Part shown: piece after piece, positions 8,429-18,608 of the stretch
How the letters are laid out: each line of letters opens with the position of its first letter
Position numbering within the stretch: position 1 is the first letter of the stretch
Source: an uncultured virus (IMG/VR IMGVR_UViG_3300030580_000287)
Taxonomy: Duplodnaviria > Heunggongvirae > Uroviricota > Caudoviricetes
Reading direction: 5' to 3' (one strand)
Virus record (IMG/VR): IMGVR_UViG_3300030580_000287
Length of the DNA: 64,000 nucleotides
Position numbers and translations under genes: made by a program
Notes under the pieces: generated by a model
Told to the model about the DNA's origin: nothing
The model's input: the letters and a program-made list of their open reading frames with translations, nothing else
Databases searched by the model: none

Positions 8429-9037
8429 ATGACAACCAAGCAACCCGACTGGGAGGCAATCGAACGTGCTTACCGGGCCGGCGTGCTTTCCGTAAGAGAG
8501 ATCGCTGCATCCTGTGGCGTGTCACACACCGCAATCCAGAAGCGCGCCAAGGCCAATGGCTGGGAGCGAGACCTCAAGGCAAAGATCAAGGCGAAGGCTG
8601 ATTCGCTGGTTGCCAAACGAGAGGTTGCCACACAGGTTGCCAGCAAATCGGTGGAAACCGAACGCGAGATCATTGAGGTCAACGCTGAGGTCATCGCGAA
8701 CATCCGCATGGCTCACCGGGGCGATATCTCACGCGGCAGGCGACTTACCAACAAACTGCTGGATGAGTTGGAAGGCCTGACCGACAACCGGGAGTTGTTC
8801 GACCAACTGGGCGAGCTGATGCGCGACCCGGACGACAACGGCTTTGATAAGCGGAACGACTTGTACGGCAAAGTGATCAGCTTGCCAGGACGATCCAAGA
8901 CAATGAAGGAGATGGCTGAGACGCTGAAGACTCTCATCTCCCTGGAACGCCAGGCCTACGACCTCGACACCAAATCCGGCAACAGTGATGCCGACGAGTT
9001 ATCGAAAATGATGGACGATCTATCGAAGGAAGCCTGA
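8429..9037 (+). CDS. Terminase small subunit
   Basis: PDWEAIERAYRAG..SVREIA HTH; directly upstream of TerL. Confidence 0.85.
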   Translation: MTTKQPDWEAIERAYRAGVLSVREIAASCGVSHTAIQKRAKANGWERDLKAKIKAKADSLVAKREVATQVASKSVETEREIIEVNAEVIANIRMAHRGDISRGRRLTNKLLDELEGLTDNRELFDQLGELMRDPDDNGFDKRNDLYGKVISLPGRSKTMKEMAETLKTLISLERQAYDLDTKSGNSDADELSKMMDDLSKEA

Positions 9038-9038
9038 C

Positions 9039-10526
9039 ATGAAGCCCGAGCACTTGAAGCTGCTCCGGGATAAGCGTTGGAGGCTCAATAATCTCTACTT
9101 CATTACTGACAAAGCAGGCAAGAAAGTCCGCTTCCGGATGACGGACGAGCAGATCGAGTACTTCGATGGGATGCATACCCGCAACATTATCCTGAAGGCC
9201 CGGCAACTCGGCTTCACCACTGAGTGCTGCATCATCCAGCTCGACGCGGCACTGTTCGAGTCTGCCAAGTGCGCGCTGATCGCTCACACCCTGAACGACG
9301 CCAAGCGCCTGTTCCGGGAGAAGGTCAAATATGCTTACGACAACCTGCCTGCTGAGATACGCGCTGCCAACCCTGCTTCTAACGATGCTGCTGGTGAGCT
9401 TGTGTTCAGCAAGGGCGGATCGCTCTACGTGTCCACGTCCTTTCGGGGCGGGACTCTACGGTATCTGCACGTATCCGAGTTCGGGAAGATCTGCGCCAAG
9501 TTTCCCCACAAGGCCAGAGAGATCGTCACCGGTGCCTTCGAGGCTGTCGCCACCGATTGCTTCGTCACGATTGAATCGACGGCAGAGGGCAGGGCGGGCT
9601 ACTTCTTCGACTACTCGCAGAGCGCGGAACGGCAGCAACTGGCCGGTGTGCCCTTGGGGCTGCTGGACTGGAAGTTCTTCTTCTTCTCCTGGTGGAAGAA
9701 CAAGGCCTACTGGCTTGACCCGACTGACGTGGTCATCCCGCGGCGCCTGACTGACTACTTCAACGAACTGCACGCCAAGCACGGGATCGTCACCAATGAC
9801 GGCCAGCGCGCCTGGTATGCAGCCAAGGAGAAGACGCTCGGCGACGATATGAAGCGGGAATACCCGTCTATCCCTGTCGAAGCCTTCCAGCAATCGGTCG
9901 AGGGCGCTTACTACGCGCATCAGCTGACCACGCTCTACTCGCAGCAGCGCATTGGCGTGATTCCGGATAACAGCCACCTGCCGGTGATGACCTTCTGGGA
10001 CATCGGTGTCAGTGACTCCACGGCCATCTGGTTTGTGCGTCAGGTTGGCACCGAATACCACGTCATCGACTACTACGAGAACTCAGGCGAAGGCCTACGA
10101 CACTACATGAAGGTGCTCAAGGACAAGGGCTACACCTACTCCGAGCACTGGGGGCCGCACGACATCGATAACCGGGAGTTCGGCAGTGATGCCAAGACTC
10201 GCCGGGAGCTGGCCCAAGAAGGCTACGAGATCGACGGCCAGATTTACAGCATGACATTTCAGGTGGTCCCGAAGATTGGCATCAACGACGGCATCGAGGC
10301 TGTGCGGGAGATTCTTCCGCTCTGCGTGTTCGATGAGTCGAAGTGCGAAGAGGGTATCAACTGCATCGAAAACTACAGAAAAGAGTGGGACGACAAGCGC
10401 GGCTGCTGGAAAGACAGGCCGCTGCATGACTGGACCTCTCACGGCTCCGACGGATTCCGATACTTCGCAGTGGCGAAGAGCGCCAGGAAGCCAGCCACCT
10501 CTATCAAAATGGGATACGCCCGATGA
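9039..10526 (+). CDS. Terminase large subunit
   Basis: ILKARQLGFTT Walker A, LHVSE Walker B, IESTA, WDIG..D, HGSDGFRY nuclease motifs. Confidence 0.95.
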   Translation: MKPEHLKLLRDKRWRLNNLYFITDKAGKKVRFRMTDEQIEYFDGMHTRNIILKARQLGFTTECCIIQLDAALFESAKCALIAHTLNDAKRLFREKVKYAYDNLPAEIRAANPASNDAAGELVFSKGGSLYVSTSFRGGTLRYLHVSEFGKICAKFPHKAREIVTGAFEAVATDCFVTIESTAEGRAGYFFDYSQSAERQQLAGVPLGLLDWKFFFFSWWKNKAYWLDPTDVVIPRRLTDYFNELHAKHGIVTNDGQRAWYAAKEKTLGDDMKREYPSIPVEAFQQSVEGAYYAHQLTTLYSQQRIGVIPDNSHLPVMTFWDIGVSDSTAIWFVRQVGTEYHVIDYYENSGEGLRHYMKVLKDKGYTYSEHWGPHDIDNREFGSDAKTRRELAQEGYEIDGQIYSMTFQVVPKIGINDGIEAVREILPLCVFDESKCEEGINCIENYRKEWDDKRGCWKDRPLHDWTSHGSDGFRYFAVAKSARKPATSIKMGYAR

Positions 10527-11941
10527 GCAACGACGTCTCCTTCAAGCGGGCGGAATACACGGCAGTGCTGGACCGCTGGGCGACCGTTCGCGACGTCTGC
10601 GCCGGTCAGCACCGTGTTGTCGACCGACTGCCGTACATCAACGCGCATGACGTTTCGCCGGAGAACAAAGACCGAAACAAGGCCTACCGTGAGCGGGCAG
10701 TCTTCAAGAATGCCACCGGGCATACCCGTAACGGGCTGCTCGGCCTGGCCTTCCACAAAGACCCGACGCTGACAGTGCCGAAGAAGCTGGAGTACCTGCA
10801 AGACAACGCCAATGGATCTGGGGTGAGTATTTACCAGCACTCACAGGGCACGCTTGAAAAGGTGCTTGAGGCGGGCCGCCACGGTCTGTATGTCGACTAT
10901 CACCAAGACGCTGGCATCGGCGGGCACTCGGTGATCCTGTCCTATTGCGCTGAAGACATCATCAACTGGCGCACGGGCATGGTGAACGGTCACAGCGTGT
11001 TGACGCTGGTGGTGCTGCGTGAGTCGCCGGAGATTCCCGACGGTTTCGGCTTCAAGACTGCTGAGCAGTACAGGGAGCTGGCACTGGAGGATGACGGCTT
11101 TGTTTGCCGCGTCTGGCGCCGCTCCGGCCCGAAAGGTGGTGGGCCGCTGGCGGTCACTGATGAATTCAGGCCTGAAGGTGTCACTGGGAGGCTGAAAGAG
11201 ATTCCGTTCACCTTCGTCGGTGCGCAAAACAACGATCCATCCATCGACGAATCACCGCTCTACGACATCGCAATGATCAACCTGGGCCATTATCGGAATA
11301 GTGCTGACTACGAAGACAGCGTCTTCTGGTGTGGCCAGGCTCAGCCATGGATTTCGGGTCTTACCGAGCAGTGGGTCAAGTTACTGGAGGCAAAGGGCGT
11401 CTATGTGGGATCGCGTGCGCCGATGCTTCTACCTGCTGGGGGCGCCTTCGGTTACGCGCAGCCTGCACCAAATACCCTTGTCAAAGAGGCCATGGGCGAT
11501 AAGAACCAGATGATGATCGAGCTGGGAGCTAGGATGGTGGTTGCCTCACTTGCCGCCAAGACTGCTACGGAGTCCCGCGGCGATCAGTCGGCTTCGACTT
11601 CGGTTCTCGCCGGCTGTGTGGCAAACGTCAGCGAGGCATACACCCGGGCAATCATGTGGTGCTGCGCCTATATGGGCATCGCTGACAAGAAGGTCGCCTA
11701 CCAGGTGAATCAGGAGTTCGTCGAACTGACGGCTGATCCGCAGATGATTACCGCCCTGGTTGGCTTGTGGCAGCAAGGCGGCTTCGCCAAGGCAGACCTT
11801 CGGGCTTATCTGCGTAAGCTGGGTCTTATCGCACCAGAGCGTACTGACCTACAGATCGACGGCGAACTGCAGGAGCAGGGCGACGGCCTGGGCCTGGACG
11901 ACGAGGTAGCACCAAATGGCGGCAAACCAAGCAATCCTTGA
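10523..11941 (+). CDS. Portal protein (DUF4055-type)
   Basis: Position, size, NLGHYRNSADYE motif. Confidence 0.85.
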   Translation: MSNDVSFKRAEYTAVLDRWATVRDVCAGQHRVVDRLPYINAHDVSPENKDRNKAYRERAVFKNATGHTRNGLLGLAFHKDPTLTVPKKLEYLQDNANGSGVSIYQHSQGTLEKVLEAGRHGLYVDYHQDAGIGGHSVILSYCAEDIINWRTGMVNGHSVLTLVVLRESPEIPDGFGFKTAEQYRELALEDDGFVCRVWRRSGPKGGGPLAVTDEFRPEGVTGRLKEIPFTFVGAQNNDPSIDESPLYDIAMINLGHYRNSADYEDSVFWCGQAQPWISGLTEQWVKLLEAKGVYVGSRAPMLLPAGGAFGYAQPAPNTLVKEAMGDKNQMMIELGARMVVASLAAKTATESRGDQSASTSVLAGCVANVSEAYTRAIMWCCAYMGIADKKVAYQVNQEFVELTADPQMITALVGLWQQGGFAKADLRAYLRKLGLIAPERTDLQIDGELQEQGDGLGLDDEVAPNGGKPSNP

Positions 11942-13001
11942 CGCCACCATCCGGCACGCGGTCTTTCTCGAAAAGCTGAAGGCGGGGGAGGTTGGCAAGT
12001 TCGCTCCCTTCCTCAAAGAGATTGATCGTTCGATCCGGGACCGGCTTACCCAGTCAGACCTGACCGAGTACAACGTCAAGCGTCTGGAGGCGTTGCTGAA
12101 GGAGGTCGATAGCCTATTGCTGGGCATCTTCGACCGCTACAGCACGCAACTGAACCTCGACCTGATCGACATCGCCAATTACGAGGCTGAGTTCGAAGCG
12201 ACCAGTCTGGCGAAGTCTGCACCGGTGGGCGTATCGCTCGATGTGGTCGCACCGACGGCCGCTGCAATTCGTACTGCGGTATTGACGAATCCGCTCAGCG
12301 TGCGCGGTACCGGTGGCGGCAAGCTGCTGAAGGCATTCATCAAGGGATGGACCAGTGCCGAGCGAGAACGCGTCACTGGAGCGATCCGGCAGGGTTTCTT
12401 CGAGGGGCAGACGAACTTTCAGATTATCCGGAACATTCGCGGCACCAAGGCTGCCGGATACAAAGATGGGATTCTGGCCACCACCAATCGCAACGCCAGT
12501 ACGGTCGTGCACACCGCTATTCAGCATGTGTCGTCCCAGGCGCGCATGGAGGTGGCCAAGGCGAACACGGACATCGTGTCCGAGATCCAAATCGTTGCAA
12601 CGCTGGACAGCAAGACCAGCCAGCAATGCCGGTCACTGGATGGTCGAAGGTTTCCGGTCGAGTCTGGCCCCAGACCACCGTTTCACCCGAATTGTCGAAC
12701 CACCTTCATCATGCTGACCAGGCTCAGCGTGCTTTTCGCCAAGGATGCCACACGGGCTTCAGTAGGTGCTGGCGGCGGTAGGCAGGTAAACGCGAGCCTC
12801 GACTACTACCACTGGCTACAGCAGCAGCCAGCAGAATTTCAGGATGCCGCAATTGGTCCTGTTCGAGCAAAGCTGTTCCGTGAGGGTGGTTTAACTGTCG
12901 AGCGATTCACCGAACTGCAGCTTGATCGAAACTTTGCGCCGCTAACACTCGCCCAGATGAAGGTTTTGGAGCCTCTGGCATTCGAGCAAGCGGGTATTTG
13001 A
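11916..13001 (+). CDS. Minor head/morphogenesis protein (SPP1 gp7/Mu gpF-like)
   Basis: ATLDSKTSQQCRSLDG...PPFHPNCRT. Confidence 0.9.
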   Translation: MAANQAILDATIRHAVFLEKLKAGEVGKFAPFLKEIDRSIRDRLTQSDLTEYNVKRLEALLKEVDSLLLGIFDRYSTQLNLDLIDIANYEAEFEATSLAKSAPVGVSLDVVAPTAAAIRTAVLTNPLSVRGTGGGKLLKAFIKGWTSAERERVTGAIRQGFFEGQTNFQIIRNIRGTKAAGYKDGILATTNRNASTVVHTAIQHVSSQARMEVAKANTDIVSEIQIVATLDSKTSQQCRSLDGRRFPVESGPRPPFHPNCRTTFIMLTRLSVLFAKDATRASVGAGGGRQVNASLDYYHWLQQQPAEFQDAAIGPVRAKLFREGGLTVERFTELQLDRNFAPLTLAQMKVLEPLAFEQAGI

Positions 13002-13083
13002 CCGAACACATTCAATCAGCCGCCTGCGGGCGGTTTTTTATTGTCCGCGAGGCGGGCCCACCAAACCCTAGGGGTGCATCAAC

Positions 13084-13812
13084 GTGGCAGAAGAAAACGA
13101 AATCGACCTGGAAAATCCGGCAATCAAGGCCGCTATCGCGACTGCCGTTGAAGCCTCTGTTACAGGGCTGAAGTCGAAGAATACCGAACTGATCGGCAAG
13201 CTGAAGGAAACCTCCGGCAAGCTGACCCAGTTTGAAACACAGTTTGAAGGCATCGACATCGACGCCGTCAAAGGCCTGCTCAGCCGCGCCGGGCAGGACG
13301 AAGAAACCAAGCTGCTCACCGAGGGCAAGGTCGACGAGGTGTTCAACAAACGCACCGAGCGCCTGCGTGGCGAGCACGATAAGCAACTGAAGACGCTCGC
13401 CGGTCGCGCTGAGAAGGCCGAAGCCTTCGCCGCCAAGTTCCAGGGCAAAGTCTTGGGCGACTCGGTACGCGGTGCAGCATTGAAAGCCGGCGCACTGCCG
13501 GAAGCAACCGACGACATCATCCTGCGCGCCAAGGGCGTGTTCTCCCTTAGCGAAGATGGCGAAGCTGTCGCAGTTGATGAGTCCGGCCAGACCATCCTCG
13601 GCAAAGACGGCAAGACCCCTCTGACCCCGCTCGAATGGGCGGAATCACTGCGCGAAAGCGCACCTCACCTGTGGCCAAGGGCTTCAGGGACACAAGCCCC
13701 GGGCGGGGGTAGCGGCCAGGCTGCATTGAAACGCTCCGAAATGACCTCCGAGCAGAAGCGCGACTATCAGCGCAAGCACGGCCAAACCGCATTCCTAAAT
13801 TTGCCCAAGTAA
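13084..13812 (+). CDS. Capsid scaffolding protein
   Basis: GTG start; coiled-coil; upstream of capsid; GLKSKNTEL motif. Confidence 0.75.
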   Translation: MAEENEIDLENPAIKAAIATAVEASVTGLKSKNTELIGKLKETSGKLTQFETQFEGIDIDAVKGLLSRAGQDEETKLLTEGKVDEVFNKRTERLRGEHDKQLKTLAGRAEKAEAFAAKFQGKVLGDSVRGAALKAGALPEATDDIILRAKGVFSLSEDGEAVAVDESGQTILGKDGKTPLTPLEWAESLRESAPHLWPRASGTQAPGGGSGQAALKRSEMTSEQKRDYQRKHGQTAFLNLPK

Positions 13813-13824
13813 GGGGATTTACCT

Positions 13825-14787
13825 ATGTCTACAACCGTTAACAGCGACCTGATCATCTACAACGATGAGGCGCAAACTGCATACCTGGAGCGCATCCAGG
13901 ACAACCTGGACGTGTTCAACGCCTCGTCCAACGGCGCGATCGTTCTCGACAACGAGCTGATTCAGGGCGACTTCCGCAAGCGCGCTTTCTACAAGCTCGG
14001 TGGCGGCTTGGAGCACCGCGATGTCAACTCCGAAGGCAAGGTCACCGCCAAGAAAATTGGTGCTGGCGAGGCTGTAGGCGTCAAGGCTCCATGGAAGTAC
14101 GGTCCGTACCAGACCACCGAAGAGGCGTTTAAGCGTCGTGGCCGGGCAGTGGACGAGTTCTCCCAGATCATCGGCGCCGACGTGGCTGATGCCACCATCG
14201 AGGGCTTCATCGAGTACGCCACCGGCGCACTGAAAGCTGCCATCGGCTCGAACGCCGCCATGGTGGTGTCTGCCAACATCGAAACCGACGGCAAGAAAAC
14301 CCTGACCCGTGGCATGCGAAAATTCGGCGATAAGTTCGGCCGGATCGCGCTGTGGGTCATGCACTCGTCTGCCTACTTCGACATCGTTGATGAGGCGATT
14401 GCGAACAAGGTCTACGAAGAAGCCGGCGTCGTGATCTACGGCGGCCTGCCTGGCACTCTTGGCAAGCCAGTGTTGGTGACTGACAAGGCGCCAGTGGACG
14501 CCATCTTCGGCTTGCTGCCGAACGCCGTGGTCATCACCGAGTCCCAGGCCCCCGGCTTCCGCTCGTACGACGTCAACGATGAGGAAAACCTGGCTATCGG
14601 CTACCGCGCCGAAGGTACCGTCAACATCGACGTGCTGGGCTACAGCTGGAAGGAGTCCACCGGTGGCACCAACCCAACCCTGGCGGCCGTTGGCTCTGCT
14701 GCTAACTGGGTCAAGCACTCTGACAGCAACAAGGTCACTGCCGGAGTAATGATCAACCTCACCACCACCCCACCGGTTGGCGGCTGA
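13825..14787 (+). CDS. Major capsid protein
   Basis: Strong RBS, 320 aa, position, biased codon use. Confidence 0.85.
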   Translation: MSTTVNSDLIIYNDEAQTAYLERIQDNLDVFNASSNGAIVLDNELIQGDFRKRAFYKLGGGLEHRDVNSEGKVTAKKIGAGEAVGVKAPWKYGPYQTTEEAFKRRGRAVDEFSQIIGADVADATIEGFIEYATGALKAAIGSNAAMVVSANIETDGKKTLTRGMRKFGDKFGRIALWVMHSSAYFDIVDEAIANKVYEEAGVVIYGGLPGTLGKPVLVTDKAPVDAIFGLLPNAVVITESQAPGFRSYDVNDEENLAIGYRAEGTVNIDVLGYSWKESTGGTNPTLAAVGSAANWVKHSDSNKVTAGVMINLTTTPPVGG

Positions 14788-14833
14788 TAACCGCCCCAGG
14801 AAGCGGCCAGCAATGGCCGCTACGGAGATTACG

Positions 14834-15424
14834 ATGGAACTCGTTTATACGAACCAGCTTGATGGCTTTGAGCCGGGCAAGCGCTACCGCGTCCCAGGGC
14901 TATTCCGTAGCGTTGAGCGCGACGCAACCGCAGTGACCGTGGTAGGTGACTATCCCGAGATCGTCACGGCGTACGAAGATGCCGGTGTCGACGTTGAGGT
15001 TGTCGAGTTGCCGGCGCCTGTTGTTTTCGGCGCGCAGGCGATCGCATCTGGCGAACTGTCCAAGTTGCTTGCCGATCTGCAGGGCGAGAGTGAAGCAATG
15101 GTTCTGATGGTCGACGGCCTGGAGGCTGGCGAAATCCACCGTCCAGAGTCTGGTGACTTGGCATTGCGCTTGTTTGAAGTGCTGGGCACCATCCATGCTT
15201 CGGTTGGAGAGCTGACCACTGAGCGTGACGGCCTGCTCCTTACTGTTGACGGGCTGCGCGAAGAGATCGAGACGCTGAAGAAGGTCTCGATTACGCCGCC
15301 GTCTGATGAGGCCGGTGAAATCGCGGCGCTGAAGGCCAAGCTGGACGAGGCCAATATCCAGTACCGGGCCAACGCCTCGAAAGAATCCTTGGAAAAGCTC
15401 GTAGCTGATCTGTCCAAGGCCTAA
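14834..15424 (+). CDS. Head-associated protein with C-terminal HeH/LEM-like motif
   Basis: LKAKLDEANIQYRANASKESL; GGAG RBS. Confidence 0.6.
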   Translation: MELVYTNQLDGFEPGKRYRVPGLFRSVERDATAVTVVGDYPEIVTAYEDAGVDVEVVELPAPVVFGAQAIASGELSKLLADLQGESEAMVLMVDGLEAGEIHRPESGDLALRLFEVLGTIHASVGELTTERDGLLLTVDGLREEIETLKKVSITPPSDEAGEIAALKAKLDEANIQYRANASKESLEKLVADLSKA

Positions 15425-15482
15425 TACTGCTGGCTGTCGATGACACGGCGGCCAATCTCAAACCATTCCAGTGAGTTAACGC

Positions 15483-15986
15483 ATGACACTCATCATCGAG
15501 GACGGCACCGGAAAGCCAGAAGCCGAAAGCTACGCGAGCGCCGAGGATTTAACTCGATATGCCGTCAAATTCGGCACGGTCATCCCCCCAGGCGTTCCCG
15601 AGCAGGAAGCGTTGCTGCGCCGGGCCGCCCTGGCTATGGATGGCATGACCTGGAAGGGGCGCAAGACCAATAGTGAGCAGGGCCTGTCCTGGCCGCGCCG
15701 GGAAGTGCTGCTTGACCACGAGATCAAGCCGAATAACTACCTGCCGGCGCGGATCCAGTACGGGCAGATGGCCTTGGCTGCCGAAATCCATCAGGACGAC
15801 ATTGACCCGGTGGAGAAGCGTCAAGGGGCTGTGATTCGTGAGCGAGTTGAAGGTGCGGTTGACGTCGAATATGCGCCGATAAGCAAAAGCAGCGACAGGC
15901 TTCTTCCGGCTGCACCAGACCGCCCGAGCCGAACCCAGTTCGCCGATTACCTGGCCAAACGGGGGCTCTTTGCCGTAAGGGTGTGA
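15483..15986 (+). CDS. Head-tail adaptor (DnaT-like family)
   Basis: LIIEDGTG..AESYAS, QGLSWPR. Confidence 0.8.
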   Translation: MTLIIEDGTGKPEAESYASAEDLTRYAVKFGTVIPPGVPEQEALLRRAALAMDGMTWKGRKTNSEQGLSWPRREVLLDHEIKPNNYLPARIQYGQMALAAEIHQDDIDPVEKRQGAVIRERVEGAVDVEYAPISKSSDRLLPAAPDRPSRTQFADYLAKRGLFAVRV

Positions 15987-16021
15987 CCATGAATGCACTT
16001 GCGAATGCGTGGTAGCAAGTG

Positions 16022-16050
16022 CTGTCCATGCATACAGTAACTTGTAGAAT
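16022..16050 (+). promoter_or_regulatory. LexA (SOS) box overlapping a putative promoter
   Basis: CTGT-CCATGCAT-ACAG (16022-16037) and TAGAAT -10 (16045-16050). Confidence 0.6.
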
Positions 16051-16116
16051 GGCTGGAGCGACTAAGCATTGATATGTCGGTTGCCCCAATCATGCAAACC
16101 TGCCCAGAGGCGAGTA

Positions 16117-17148
16117 ATGACTACCGAAGCACTGTCACCGGCAAGCGGTATCTACGCCATACAGAACGTTATCAGCGGGAAGCGGTACGTCGGTAGCGCT
16201 GTCAGCATTCGTAAGCGATGGACTGAGCACAGGCGAGATTTGGCGCTCGGCAGACACAAAAACAGCAAACTCCAGCGAGCCTGGAATAAATATGGATCGG
16301 ATCAATTCAGGTTCGTAATTCTCGAGCATGTTGAGTCGCTATGCGACCTGATTACTCGGGAGCAGCACTGGATGGATAAGCTTGAGGTTGTTGCTTCCGG
16401 TTTCAATATCCTGCCAATCGCCGGTAGCTGCCTCGGCCGAAAACACAGCCAAGAAACACGAGATAAAATAAAGGCTGCCGCCATTGGACGGCCTTTCTCA
16501 GTCGAAAACATCGAGAGGCTCGCCGAAGCCAGAAGAGGACAAAAGCAATCGCCGGAGGTCATCGCCAAGCGGTCGGCGGCACTGACAGGGCATCTGGTCA
16601 GTGATGAAACAAGGGCCAAAATTTCTGCAGCCAATACCGGAAAGAAGCAGCCTCCAGAATCAATTGCGAAAAGGCTTGCAGCCATCAAGGGGATCCCGTT
16701 CAGTCAGGAGCACAGACTTAAACTTTCAATCGCAGGGCGAGGCAAGGCGCAAAGCCAGGAGGCGAGGATGAAAATATCCATTGCCCATATTGGAAGGCGT
16801 CACTCCGAGGAGCATAGGAAAAAGAACTCCTTGGCTCAGAGTGGAAAGACCCTGAGCCAAGAACATAAGGACAAGATCGGTGCCGGAAACTCCGGAAAGG
16901 TTTTGTCTGCTGAGACCAAGAAACTTCTTTCTATTGCAAAAAAAGGGATTCCTCTTTCGGAGGCTCACAAGCAAAAGCTAAAGGAGTCCCATGTAGGAAT
17001 GAAGGGAAAGAAGCACTCGCCAGAAACGATAGAAAGAATGAGGGTCGCGCAAAAGGCGGCGGCCGCAAATAAAAAAGCGGCAACACTATGCGAGGCTGAA
17101 AATGTCGTTCTATCCGAGGATGCAAGCTGTTGCGTTGAGGTTAATTGA
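16117..17148 (+). CDS. GIY-YIG endonuclease with tandem NUMOD3 repeats
   Basis: SGIYAIQN...RYVGSA..IRKRW.EH...REQHW; roughly a dozen HS.ETR.KIS-type repeats. Confidence 0.9.
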   Translation: MTTEALSPASGIYAIQNVISGKRYVGSAVSIRKRWTEHRRDLALGRHKNSKLQRAWNKYGSDQFRFVILEHVESLCDLITREQHWMDKLEVVASGFNILPIAGSCLGRKHSQETRDKIKAAAIGRPFSVENIERLAEARRGQKQSPEVIAKRSAALTGHLVSDETRAKISAANTGKKQPPESIAKRLAAIKGIPFSQEHRLKLSIAGRGKAQSQEARMKISIAHIGRRHSEEHRKKNSLAQSGKTLSQEHKDKIGAGNSGKVLSAETKKLLSIAKKGIPLSEAHKQKLKESHVGMKGKKHSPETIERMRVAQKAAAANKKAATLCEAENVVLSEDASCCVEVN

Positions 17149-17470
17149 GCAGTACGGCCAGCCCGTGATCATTCGCAAAACTGAAGTTGGTGAATGGGAC
17201 CCGGATCAGAGCGATAAGCCCCCAGAAATAACCACGGAGCAGACGGCTCAGGGCATCCTGATCGACTTCACAGGCCAAGAATTCCAGAACAACAGCCTGA
17301 TCAAGCAGGGCGATAAGAAACTCAAGATCGCCGCGAAAGGGCTGGAGTGGGTGCCGGGACTGCTGAATAAGGTGATCGTCCAAGGTCGTACCTGGTCAAT
17401 CGTTCCTCCGCTGAAGGGGGTCAACCCAGCCGGTACGCCGATCCTGTATGAGCTACAGGTACGGTCATGA
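17102..17470 (+). CDS. Head closure/neck protein
   Basis: Position; LIKQGDKK; P.GT.ILYELQVR. Confidence 0.7.
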   Translation: MSFYPRMQAVALRLIEQYGQPVIIRKTEVGEWDPDQSDKPPEITTEQTAQGILIDFTGQEFQNNSLIKQGDKKLKIAAKGLEWVPGLLNKVIVQGRTWSIVPPLKGVNPAGTPILYELQVRS

Positions 17471-18123
17471 CGAACCGCTACGCAGGTATGAACGGCAGCT
17501 TCGCCGAGAATATCCGCGACTTCGCCGAGCGCGCGCAGGCCGGTATCGACGCAACCATCCGCGAAATCGTGATCGAGATCGGCAGCAGCGTGATTCGGAT
17601 GTCTCCGGTCGGTAACCCCGAGATCTGGGCAGCGAACATTGCTCACCGTCAGTCGAATACCCGGGCGGCCGACGACTATGACTTCAAGGTCGCCGTGCGC
17701 AACACGCTGGTCAACCTCAACGAGTCCAACTTCACGAAGGCTGGCAATCTGCGGCGGGGTGTCAAGTACGCCAAGCCTCTGACCAAGACCGAGCGCGACC
17801 AGAACTTCAACGTGAACGGTCTGGTCGCTGGAAAGGACTACGTCGGTGGTCGCTTCCGGGGGAACTGGCAGTTCTCCATTGATGCCCCGGCCGAGGGGGT
17901 GCTTGATCAGGTCGACCCGAGCGGCAACGTGACCATCGCGGCCCTTAGGGCGCAGGTGAAGTCCCTGACTGCCGGGCAGACGGCCTATATCGTGAACAAC
18001 CTGCCGTACGCGATCGCCCTAGAATACGGCCATTCGACCCAGGCTCCAGGCGGTATGGTCCGGATCACCCTGGCTCGCTTCCAGCAAATCGTCGATGAAG
18101 CCATCAGGAATAACCAGGTATGA
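17467..18123 (+). CDS. Tail completion protein (HK97 gp10-like)
   Basis: SPVG, GRFRGNW, NNLPYA..LEYGHS.QAP.GMVR. Confidence 0.8.
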   Translation: MTNRYAGMNGSFAENIRDFAERAQAGIDATIREIVIEIGSSVIRMSPVGNPEIWAANIAHRQSNTRAADDYDFKVAVRNTLVNLNESNFTKAGNLRRGVKYAKPLTKTERDQNFNVNGLVAGKDYVGGRFRGNWQFSIDAPAEGVLDQVDPSGNVTIAALRAQVKSLTAGQTAYIVNNLPYAIALEYGHSTQAPGGMVRITLARFQQIVDEAIRNNQV

Positions 18124-18536
18124 GCCACTCCATCATTCGCGTGCTGTTTGAGGGGCGCCTCGTTAAGTGGGCAAAAGCAAAGTCTCCTGCGTTGCGTGTA
18201 GCTCGGCAGAACGACGGGTTTGAGCCGTTGGTAGATGAGTCCTACTTCCGCGCATTCACTCTTCCGGCCGCGGTCGACAGTCTTGATCTTGCAGGTGCCC
18301 ATCGGCTTTACACGGGCGTGTTTCAGGTGACGATCGTCACACCCGCAGGTAAGAGCACTTTTGCCGGTGACAGCCTGGCTGACGAGCTTGCGGCGTTGTT
18401 CCCGCTGAATGATCGACTGACCAAGGATGGCCTGACCGTCCAGGTCATGACACCCGTTGAGCCAGGGCCTCATCAGCAAGAAGACTCAGCCTCGACGATA
18501 CCGGTCTCCTTCGAATATCGAGCCGACACCACCTAA
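18120..18536 (+). CDS. Tail terminator-like protein (DUF4128-type)
   Basis: Position; YTGVFQVTI...ADELAALFP. Confidence 0.7.
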   Translation: MSHSIIRVLFEGRLVKWAKAKSPALRVARQNDGFEPLVDESYFRAFTLPAAVDSLDLAGAHRLYTGVFQVTIVTPAGKSTFAGDSLADELAALFPLNDRLTKDGLTVQVMTPVEPGPHQQEDSASTIPVSFEYRADTT

Positions 18537-18608
18537 TTCCGCCCGTTGGGCAACCCCACGAACCCGCCTATGTGCGGGTTTTGTCATTTCTGAAAAGAGG
18601 AAACACCC

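Noticed and set aside
14760..14833. +1 frameshift extending the capsid into ORF 14777
   Set aside because: Downstream gene has its own GGAG RBS and ATG at 14834; no clear slippery site
15987..17150. Group I intron hosting the GIY-YIG ORF
   Set aside because: Flanking genes are each complete, and there is no room or motif for an intron core
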